Below are positions 37,669 to 48,000 of a stretch of DNA of 64,000 nucleotides, piece after piece. The notes under the pieces are model-generated. The model was given only the letters and a program-made list of their open reading frames with translations, was not told the DNA's origin and searched no databases. The first letter of the stretch is position 1. Each line of letters begins with the position of its first letter. A program made the position numbers and the translations under genes. This DNA comes from Oikopleura dioica (lineage: Eukaryota; Animalia; Chordata), in assembly GCA_907165135.1 (NCBI GenBank), contig OU015569.1, positions 1,922,001-1,986,000 of the forward strand. Direction: 5' to 3'.

Positions 37669-39778
37669 TCAGGCGGAATCGTTCTTCTCAGTTTTCACGT
37701 CCCTAAAACAAAAAAGAATAAATGAGTTTTGATCATTGAAACTTACGGTTCGGAATCGTCGTCGGTCAGGTCGATGAAGTCACCTGTGGCGCCCCTAAAG
37801 ATAAAATAGACTTGGTCTTGATCTGTAAGCACTTACTCTTCGGATGTCGCAGCTTGATCTTGCTCAGAAGTTGGTCCTTCATCTTGTCGGGGAGTTTTCG
37901 ATTGGTCTTGCACAGCAGCTTGATCGAGGCATGAATGCGAGATACTTTCGATGATTTCATAATTTTCCCGCTTCAAGGTGGAAGCATTGTCGATGTTTAG
38001 CTTGCAAACGGGTCGGCCATCGGAAGACGAATACCAAGTTTTCATTATGTCTGGTTGACGGAGTTTGAGGATATGCCGCCCACTACATTTCTTCTTCTGA
38101 CCACCTGTAGCTCTTTTTGAATATATATTATATACTTTAATTGAAGAGTTTCTTTAGAGAACTTACGTGCAGTACACTCTCACTGTATCTGATTCATGGC
38201 GAACTGCGCAGCCATAATATTCTCTTCGTACGCCATTTTCGTCAATTAAGAACTTTCGGCTGCCGTTGTTCTCAGTGACATTAATGAGTTGGGGCATATT
38301 TGGGGACGTTTTAACAGCAGTAGACAAGTTATTTTTCGGCGTATTACTAGTTTCCGCCTTTTTTCTAGAAGCCGCTTTTTGAGCCTTCGGTTTTGATTTC
38401 TCCGACTTTTTTTTCTTGGAGCTGGCTGGAAAAACTTCATCATCAAGAGCAAATTCTTGAGCTCCTTCTTCTTGGGATGCTTGTTCTTGAACTGCAGTTG
38501 TTCGCTTTCGCTTTGATGGTGGGCGGAGCCCTGCTCGTCTAGATGTACCGGAGGTAGTTGGCGCTTCTTGAATGGTTGGTGGACCTGGCGCAGCTGGTTC
38601 AGAAGGAGAAGCTACGCGATTTTTTATTCATTTCCGGGGTGATACCAAAGTTACCTTGAGAAAATTCGGCTGGAGAAGGTGTCGATGAAGGTGTCGACTG
38701 CGATGGTGGGCGGAGCCCTGTTCGTAGAGATGTACCGGAGGTAGTTGGCGCTTCTTGAATGGTTGGTGGACCTGGCGCAGCTGGTTCAGAAGGAGAAGCT
38801 ACGCGATTTTTTATTCATTTCCGGGGTGATACCAAAGTTACCTTGAGAAAATTCGGCTGGAGAAGGTGTCGATGAAGGTGTCGACTGCGATGGTGGGCGG
38901 AGCCCTGTTCGTAGAGATGTACCGGAGGTAGTTGGCGCTTCTTGAATGGTTGGTGGACCTGGCGCAGCTGGTTCAGAAGGAGAAGCTACGCGATTTTTTA
39001 TTCATTTCCGGGGTGATACCAAAGTTACCTTGAGAAAATTCGGCTGGAGAAGGTGTCGATGAAGGTGTCGACTGCGTCGGTAATGGAGCTTTTGAAGCTA
39101 AAAAGCTGTAGATATATTTTGGATATTAAGCCTACCATGAGAGTCATTGATATTTTGTTGACGTCCCTTGTCAACTTGATTTAAAATCATTCGAATGATA
39201 GCTAACTCGTCGTCAATTGGGGGATCATCGTTCTCCTGATACTTTCTCTTCATTGACTCGATTTGCCGGCAGAGACCTGGAATATAGACGGCAAGGGCCA
39301 TTGCTTTTGCCATCGCGAAAAAATATACTTCTCCAAAATCTGGGGAATAATATAGATTTCTATATTTTTCGGCTGTGGTCTGCGTTAGTACGACGAAATA
39401 AGTTTGAATCGTGTGTCAACCTAAGCAAGGAATCGGATTGGCTGTCCGTCACAAGGCATCGAGGGGAATTTTTCCTGCCCGATCAGAAAAGATCGCCGCC
39501 AACAGCTCCTCTGCTGACGCAGCGCTGATATTGAAAATTCTCAGATAAGAAAAAAGCTACACAAATGTAGCGCTTCTGATGACTTTTCAGTGATAAAGAC
39601 CTTATAATCAGTGATTCTTTCATCAGTATTTATTCAAAATGAAGTGTCATTAAAACAATTCAGAAAATATAAAAGAATGGCGCTTACTTGCAATAATTAA
39701 AAAAAGACGTTCATAAAATTTCGAGGTCGTCTCTAGAACATCTGTTATTGACTGGTCGTCTTGATGATTTTCATTCAT
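37669..39778 (-). CDS. Multi-exon protein with a triplicated 48-aa Pro/Ser/Thr unit and a FLYWCH/WRKY-like zinc finger
   Basis: Exons join in frame through GT-AG introns in the 3' half: KFLIDENG..Y...YC-x9-C...HSC, then FIDLTDDD and VKTE before TGA at 37671-37669. Candidate ATG at 39778. The 5' exons are uncertain. Confidence 0.55.
38515..39075. repeat. Tandem array, 3 x 187 bp, each unit 144 nt of exon plus a 43-nt intron
   Basis: Units start at 38515, 38702 and 38889 and are near-identical, including the minus-strand gtaact...cgtag intron. Confidence 0.95.
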
Positions 39779-40780
39779 TCCGAAAATCCGGATATTCCGG
39801 GTCCACAAAAGATGAATTACCATAAGAATTTTTCGGGCAAAAAAATTTTTTTTGAGATATTGGTATATTCTGAAAGCCCGTAAAAAGTTATACAGAATCA
39901 CCAAATTCTAGGGTCAGATGACGTCATTATGACGTCATCGGGCTGATTTGAAAATTTTGTCTTTGGAACGCTTTTTCGAGCCGAAAACGTTTTTTAATTT
40001 TATCTTTCTCGACGGATTTGGATTTTCCATGAAAAACTACGTAGGGACCCGGGATCAAACCATTGAATATCAACCATTACCGACCGGTTCAATTTTTGAA
40101 ACCGGTCGGTTCGAAAAATAAACCTCGGGTCCCTACGTAGTTTTTGATGGCGAACAACATGCCATCAATCGAAAAATCTATTTCCAGCAAAAACCGCCTC
40201 AAAAAGCGTTCCAAAGTCTCATGAATTTGGAGCCTTTTCGGACATTTATTCATCATAAATGACGTCATAATGACGTCATTGAGCCCTAGAAATTTGGGAA
40301 TCGACTAATTTTGACTTGGGCTTTCAGAATATGTTCTTATCTCAAAAAATTTTTTTTCGGCCGAAAAATTCTTATGGTAATTCATCAAAATGTCATTTTC
40401 CAGGTAAATTATTGAATTCTAGTTAGATTTTCAGTTTTAGCTAGCTTTCACATTTGTTCTTTGCAAAACTAATTCTTTATTTTGTAGCATTCGCGAAGCC
40501 GCGGCCGAAGACCATGTCGAAAGCGGCTCAAGTTGCCTGAACTAGGCGCCAAACTCGAGGCTGCAAAAAGGGAAACGAGTTCAAAGTAATCCTGACAAAT
40601 GCAGCCTCAACTAGATTGCCTGACAAAGGCAGCCTCAACTAGATTCTCAAAAAAAGGGAATTCCAAAAACTTTCAAATAAACTTTACTATTTCATCTTCT
40701 CTATCAGATTTTTTCCTCGAAGGAACTCTCCTAGAAGGGACAAAATCTGTTTTGTGTGTTTGTAATTTGTTGCAGGAAAA
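39710..40780. repeat. Dispersed direct repeat copy 1 (interrupted by the fold-back element)
   Basis: Aligns with 43921-44400. The core cattcgcg...gagttcaaag is almost identical, the flanks more diverged. Internal 28-bp tandem GCAGCCTCAACTAGATT. Confidence 0.85.
39811..40386. mobile_element. 576-bp fold-back (long-TIR) element with AAAA target duplication
   Basis: Ends GATGAATTACCATAAGAATTTT...AAAATTCTTATGGTAATTCATC. The arms pair imperfectly to a central ACCGACCGGTT/AACCGGTCGGT hairpin. AAAA at 39807-39810 and 40387-40390. The paralogous site at about 44011-44025 is empty. Confidence 0.9.
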
Positions 40781-40944
40781 TCTAAAAGAAAAAAATGCAA
40801 GCTCGTAGTTACCACATGTAAAAATGCTCATTTGCTTTTTGAAAGGCAGAGATCTGCATAGAAACATGGTTTTAGTTTTAAAATAGCTATTTTATTCAAA
40901 TAAATAAGAATTGAAAATAATTTTTGAACTTAAAAAATACAAAA

Positions 40945-43665
40945 CTACAAGGTAGATAAATTAGATTGAGTTCCATCGCTGAGATCTGCGAGCATGAACG
41001 GGCCGATGGCCATGCTGAAGTTTGTCGAGCTAAAATTAATCGTCAATTTGTGAACGATAGAAAATCATTTTACCTGTTTTGGATAGAACGGCCAACTCGA
41101 GCAGTGTGTTTGCATGCGTCTCCGGTGCACAAGGCGGCAGTGCATTGAAGTGTAGAGTCACGGAGGTGCGTGTTGAGCAAAATCAAGGAGAACTCGACGC
41201 CAGTTGCAGGCTGAGGAGTGTCGAAAGAAGCGTGAGCGTGACCAGAGCTCTCAAGTGCCACTCCGTCTTCGATGATGGGAGTTTGAGTATTGCCAGCAAC
41301 AAGGTAGCACTAGTAGAAATCAATTTCATCATCTTTAATTTTGACACTTACATTTTTGACGCGGATGCCAGTCTGTGAGCCAAGCTCTGGGAACTGATCG
41401 AATGAGTTGGCAGTAGGAGCAAGATTGACGAAGATTTCTTCCCTCACAAGAAGAACTGGGCTTGATCGGGCTCGACGGTGAATTCCAGCACGAGCATCAA
41501 CGCTGAAGAACTTCATCTCTACTTCAAAAGTCTAAAACGATTCATTAAAATATCTACCAAGTCTACTATCTTACCGCTTGATCGGCTTCTACCGAGATCT
41601 TCGGCCACTCAAGAGGGGTAATCGTGGCTGGAGTGAGGTCAACGCCATACTGACACTGGAAGGAGAAGATTGTTGTCACAACTGGAGTAGTTCCTTCAAA
41701 GGTACGAAGAGATCTGACACTGCTTCCAAAGGTAAGTACGCCGTTCTCCACAGCTGGTGCAGAAATCTTGCTGAAGTCTTTTCGCTCGATTCGGAGAGTA
41801 GAAAGTGCTCCACCGTCAGAAAACACCAATTGATTGTCAGTACCAGTTGCAAACTTTGCGTCGCTCTTGAAAATGTGACGGAGGAGGAGATCGTTAGTAA
41901 CCCTATTTTATATGATAAATGCTCGTGCAAAATACTTGTAGACTTACGTGACAGTAATGTGATCACTTGCGCAGTTGAGTTGTGGCTCATCGAAGTTGCA
42001 TCTCTTGCCGAGGAAGTATCTACCTTGTTTGTTGGTGCAAGTGTAGTCGTATCCATCGTGATCTCCATCGGCGCACTCACATCCGTTTTGACAAGGAGAT
42101 AAAGCATTGCAAATGGACTTTCGTTTCTCAGTGCAAATGGCAACTTGGTTCTCCATTTTGCACTCGTGAGTTGATAAGTTGCACTTTGATTGGCAATCCT
42201 GAATACAAATAAATCTACTGCTTAGTTAATCAAAGTACCTCTTGGCAGTTGCTGCCATAAACGCCATCAGGGCATCTGCAGGACATCGAATTGACGCCAT
42301 GAGTACACCATCCTCGTCCACATTTCCTGGTGCATGGAATCATTACTTCGCAATAGGGGCCTTTCCAGCCAGGCGCGCAGCTGCATTGAGCTTCTCCGTT
42401 GATGTTGTTGCACACACCATCGTTGTAGCACTTGGTTTCGACGCAAGGATCACGTGAAGCGCAAGTTGGGCCAAAGTAACCGTCTCGACAGGCGCAGTAA
42501 TTGCCATCTAAAAATCTTTATAAAATTTTATTTCCATATCCAACTTACAGCGTTGAGCGTCATAAACGCAGGGGGCACCATTCTGGCAGATGCCAACATT
42601 TCCACAGCTATCTTGAACGGTACATGTTTTTCCGCTCCAACCTTCGTTGCAAACACAGTAATCATCGGCACTGGAGAGGTCGATGCATCGACCGTTGGTG
42701 GAGCAAATGAGGTCCTCGCCGCACTGTAAATAGTTGAAGGCTTGAGCCTGGTCGCACATAATGCCCTTCCAGCCACTGTCGCAGGAACAGTAATCATCGG
42801 TGTCCTGGGGAGTCTGGATACATTTGCCATGTACGCCACAGTAGTTCAGATCACGGCAAGTGACCGATCCTGCTTGAATGGGTATGTTGCATGAGGCACC
42901 CTGCCAGCCGACATTGCAATCACAGTATGCGTCAGCAGATGGTTTACTGAAGCAACGACCGTGGTTGTTGCAGTAATTCAGATCCGAGCAGCTCTTCTGA
43001 TTTGAAATCGGTTTCGCGTTGGCGCAATTGTCGCCAGTGTATAACGAGTTGCAGATACAGATCGCTTTTGACTGGTTTTCAAAATGTCTCGATTTCCGTT
43101 GAATTTTTGAAATTTCGAAAAACCGCGCCTGAGTCGGGTCCCGTCATCGCGCACTGGCCGTTTCCGTTGCACCAGTTGAGCTCGTCGCAGCTTGATGCAG
43201 TGACCGGATTCACGTCAAAGTCGACTCCACCAGGCGCTTCGGCGCAAAAGTAGAAATTAAACTGCTCATTAAGAGTCCAACACTTGTTCGTGCCTGCCAT
43301 GCAGGTATTACACTCGTCTCTGTTTCTACTTCCGTAAGTGAGGGTGTTGCAAGCCACGCAGTTTATGTTTGGAGCCGCAGTACTCGGAGCTGCTGTACTT
43401 GGTGTATGGGATTCACCAATCGAAAACGCTCGCCCATTTATGCCTTTGAAAATACGTTATCAATTAACTCTGAAAGCCATACTAATTCGAATGAATATTT
43501 TTGATAAAAGAAACAATTCAAATTAATCGAATTATTTTCTTATAAAGATATTTTTTAGTTATCAATATCAGTTTACAATATCTGGTTCTCTTTATTCTGG
43601 TACTCAAACTTACTTGCATTTATCCCGGCGATGAGAGCATTTATGAGTATCCTTACTCTTGTCAT
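40945..43665 (-). CDS. Secreted EGF-repeat + ZP-domain protein (oikosin/uromodulin-like architecture)
   Basis: Signal-like MTRVRILINALIAGINA, Cys-rich N-terminus, several EGF repeats (e.g. CNNINGEAQCSCAPGWKGPYC), ZP-N end FSFQCQY, ZP-C LQCTAALCTGDAC, furin-like RVGR followed by IGPF, and no transmembrane segment. Confidence 0.8.
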
Positions 43666-43920
43666 CTTTGTTGTTGCTGTTGTTGATGGAAAAATTAAAG
43701 ATAAAAAACGTAAACGTTGCCCTTCCTTTCGGACAAAAAAAAAACAAAATAAAAACTCAAAATCAAAAAATTAAAAAGTGGCCCGCACGGGCGGTGAAAA
43801 AACTCAAAGTGAAGAGCGTCGACTTTTGCCGGTGAAAATTTCGACTTGCAACGTAAAAAACATCGATTTCGCGCACGCCAACAGATTTTTTTTTCAAATC
43901 GCACTATTGTTCATGCAACT

Positions 43921-44400
43921 TTCTTAAAATTGCAGGATCGTCTCTAGAACATCTCTTGTTGACTGGGCGTTTTGAGGATTTGCAGTCATTCGGAAATCCG
44001 GATTTTCCGGGTCCAAAAAATGTCATTTCCAGGTAAATTATTGAATTCTAGTCAGATTTTCAGTTTTAGGTGGCTTTCACATTTCTTCTCTGCAGTTCTA
44101 ACTCTTTATTTTGTAGCATTCGCGATGCCGCGGCCGAAGACCATGTCGAAAGCGGCTCAAGTTGCCTGAACTAGGCGCCAAACTCGAGGCTGCAAAAAGG
44201 GAAACGAGTTCAAAGTTATCCTGACAAATGCAGCCTCAACTAGATTGCCTAACAAAGGCAGCCTCAACTAGATTTTCTTAAAAGGGAATTCGAAAAACTT
44301 TCAAATAAACTTTATTATTTCAACTTCTCCAATAGATTCTATTCTAAAAAGGGTATAATCTGATTTTGTCTTTTGCCGTTTATTGCAGGAAAAAATCATA
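43921..44400. repeat. Dispersed direct repeat copy 2 (uninterrupted; contains a truncated paralogue of the 39778 start exon)
   Basis: Aligns with 39710-39810 plus 40387-40780. The minus strand reads MTANPQNAQSTRDVLETILQF* versus MNENHQDDQSITDVLETTSKF in copy 1. Confidence 0.85.
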
Positions 44401-44513
44401 GAAGATACAAGTAGAGCAGGCATGCAGAATTGCTTTCATCTGAAAATAGTTGGGATTTTATGCATGTAGACTTGCATCAATATTATAACGCTAACTTCCT
44501 CGTCTATCCCCAT

Positions 44514-44518
44514 GCCTT

Positions 44519-44562
<44 letters not shown>

Positions 44563-44586
44563 TGTGTTCGATCCACAGTCAAGGCA
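44514..44586 (+). tRNA. tRNA-Phe: tRNA-Phe (GAA)
   Basis: GCCTTGATAGCTCAGTTGGGAGAGCGTCAGACTGAAGATCTGAAGGTCCTGTGTTCGATCCACAGTCAAGGCA: 73 nt, 7-bp acceptor stem, anticodon loop CTGAAGA, GTTCGA T-loop, followed by a T-run Pol III terminator. Confidence 0.97.
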
Positions 44587-45013
44587 TATCTTTTTCTATT
44601 AAAAATTCTAGCGTAGATTGCCTTCGTTTGATTTTGAGCTGCACAAATGCTCTTTCTTGCATGAAAAATTGATTACGACGAATTTTGATTATAATTGTTT
44701 TTATTTTTGTTTTTTTTTTGAACTTGGCCTTTTACGCCGTGTTAGGGTCGTTTCAGATGAAGAAAGAGTGCAAGAATATTTCAAAATAGCTCACAATATG
44801 ACAATGCGATAGAGTATCTGTAAATACGTTTGTACAGTTGGGTTTCGAGGTAGCAGCAGATATATATCCTTAATTTTTGTTTGGACGGTGGCGGTCATTC
44901 GAATTCGAATCGTATGTCAGTGTTACAGTGACTTTATGCCAGAAGCAATTTACAGTGCTAGCTTTGTACATGGCGCTTTGGAACTGGATGAGCGTGGAAG
45001 TGCCCGCTAGAAC

Positions 45014-48000
45014 TCAGAAGAGGTCCTTCTGTTCGGGCTGAACTAATCGTGGCGTAAATAGCCTGTCCGCATGGCTCCTGGTAGCTCTCTTCGTAAGGCG
45101 GGGAGGACCAGTCAGATCACCAACTAAAACGATGATAAGAACTTTAGCTTTTGTAACAAATTTAAATACAGCGTAAAATTGAAAAAAGAGACTTACGTGA
45201 TAAGTTATGAGAAAGCAAGTGGTGGGGAACTCGTCTCGGGAGCATATTTGGGTATGGATGTTCCTTCGGATCAATGAAGACGAACTCGCGAGGCTCAAGG
45301 GCAGCGGAAGAGCTCGGAGAAGCAGCCATAAGCACTTGATCGGTGACACCTGATCCCATCGTATAACTTGACCCTTCGTGCTCGGAAGACTTCATGCTGT
45401 TTTTGTGCTTGACCATGAAAGCGAGAAGAATGACAGCGAAGAGCGACAGAAGTCCAAGCATCACGGCAAGGACGTACCAGATCCAATGATTGTCGACTTG
45501 AGATGGATCGACAGTTGAGACATCGTAAGCGGCACTGAGAATGACTTCGTCGCGGTAGGTCAGAACTGAGGAAAGATCTGACTTGCCAATGAGGGAGTGA
45601 CGGATTTCTTTGACAACGAGCTCTGCCGAAGATTGATGCTTGACGACAACAACGACTACGCCTGCTTGGGCAGACTCGCAATTCAGAGATGTTTTCTTGT
45701 GTTCAGCAACTCGTGCAAGAGACGGAAGGAAATTGAGAGCGCCGCAGACGTCCATCGCATGAACTCCTCGTTCAAGCGAGGAAATTCGAGCAACATCAAA
45801 TTGAATGCGCAGTTCGAGGCAGTAAGGAGCCTTGCACGAAGCGGGCGGTGCCACTGTGTAGGGTAAAGTCTTCTTCTGACAAGTGTAGCGGCTCGAACAA
45901 CGAGAAGAGACGCAGTTTTCGTGAACGTTCGGTGTCTCCAACTTGCATATCTCATCTGAGAGACATGTGGCAGAGGGCGCATGTGGAGAACAGCTAACTG
46001 GACCACAGTCGAGCTTGGAGCAGGAGACGTCGCCATCGTGGCAAGTGCAAGTGTTACACTGCTCGCGCCAGGAATAAGAATGAACAAAGAGCTTTCCTTT
46101 GTAGGCACAGGAACGTTTCGTTGGAGAAGACGAAAGTTTTTCACAATAATTGCCTTCGCGACCGGGAGGACAGAGGCAATCGAAGCCGCCAACTTTGTCG
46201 ACGCAGGTTGAGCCGTAAGCGCATTGATCATTCGCACAATCGTCAATGTCTAAAAATGAGATAAGAATGAAATTGGAATCAAGGAAGACGATTTTTTAGG
46301 TAGATTTTCTTCGTTAGTATTTTACCTTTTCGACAGTCCGCTCCAACAAAGCCAGGTCGGCATTTGCACTCATAATGGTTCATTTTTGAAAGACAAGTTC
46401 CTCCATTGAAACAAGGCTCGGGCTGGCACATGTCAATTTCTATAAATGTGAATAAGAACATGGTATTGACATTTGAAAATCTTACGTTTGTCACAATTGT
46501 CACCAGTGAAGCCAGCTTTGCATCGACATTCGAATTCTTTGCCGTTTTTCGGTACGCAGGTGCCATTTTCACACGAGTTCGCTGAGCATGGCGATTTGGC
46601 GTCTAAAAATGTGAAAATCAACATCTGTAACATTTAATCCGGGAGTTACCGATTTGGCAGAAGGCTCCCTTGGTTCCCTGAGGACATTCGCAGGAAATGC
46701 CTGTCGAGAGCCTCGTGTCCGGAACACATGTTCCAGCGTTGCAAGGGCTCGAGTTTTTACAAATCTCCTCTGCGGTGTAGGCTAAACACGAGTTATTAAC
46801 AGCTCAATCTTGCTTTCCAAGTACCTTTGGTAAACTGGCAAATGTGTCCTTTCCAGCCTTCGGCGCAGCTGCAGCTAAAGTCAGCAGGGTGGCCCGAATC
46901 GCCTCGGATGCATTCTCCACCATTGAGACAAAGGTTTTCGGAGCTAGAGCAGACGTGGTTCTCTTCCTCGCACCGGGAACCAGAAAAGCCAGTTGGACAG
47001 AGACATTCGTAGGAATTGACGCCATCGAGACAAACTCCATTGTTTTGGCATGGGTTTGAAGCGCAATCGTCAATATCTAAAAATAACGTTTGAATACTCA
47101 TTCTGTTAATTATAAATCTACTGAGGGAAAAAACGATGAGAAAATTAATCAGATGAATGAAAAACGTCACACTAGCTATTTCAGTCTGCGAGAAATGGCA
47201 AGTTTGTCGAGCGCTCAAGGTCAAATTTACGATGCTGGGAAGTGATCTGAGCATGGCGGTTCACATGGATCAGGATTCACGAAAACGATTTCGCGACGTT
47301 TGCCATTACGCGGCGACGGATACTGTATAAAGGAGCGCGTTTCGAGGGGCTATTAAATCATTTCCTCGGTGAAATATGATTCTTGGCCGCGGCATGGAAA
47401 AATGTTTCGTTATCGCGTTTACGATGGTGCACCGCTGAATCTGCCTCCGGGCAATGTGCGTGCCCATTTCCGCCGGCGAATTATTTAGGCACAATTATGA
47501 CGCTATAAATTCTCCTCGCCAAAGCGGCACATTAAGCATCTGCCTTTTATGCTCAACAGGGCAATTTCACGCGCGTCGATAGAACATGCGAAAATAAATT
47601 CGCACAGCGTCTACCAGTCTCGCCTTGGACTCCGTAACGTGTTACTTTGACTTTTATGTGAATGGTTTTTGGCTGTGATACCCTTAATATGAAAGGTTTT
47701 TCTGGCGTTAATTTGTGAACATGTGTTGAGTGTGGCTAATTCAAACCGGTCGAAATCATTCAATCAGGTACCCATAAATCTGGTCTCGAATTAAAGAGCA
47801 GCCTCGGCTTTCGATTGAATTTTAAATTTTTAGGGCGACCGCTAAATGGTGTCAAAACGCCAGTAGTGACCGCAGCTACGAGATAGCCGCCGCCTTTCTC
47901 ATTCTTGTTGGAAGAGACTCAAAAAATTAACGAAATCGGCGTTCGCTCTTTAATGAAATTATCAAGGGGCCGTGTTTCGCGAGGCCGAAACTATTCGAAT

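Noticed and set aside
40487-40590. Conserved in-frame TGA in the repeat core as a selenocysteine codon (PSTK is in the window)
   Set aside because: No CxxU/UxxC motif, no SECIS identified, and the reading frame itself is unproven.
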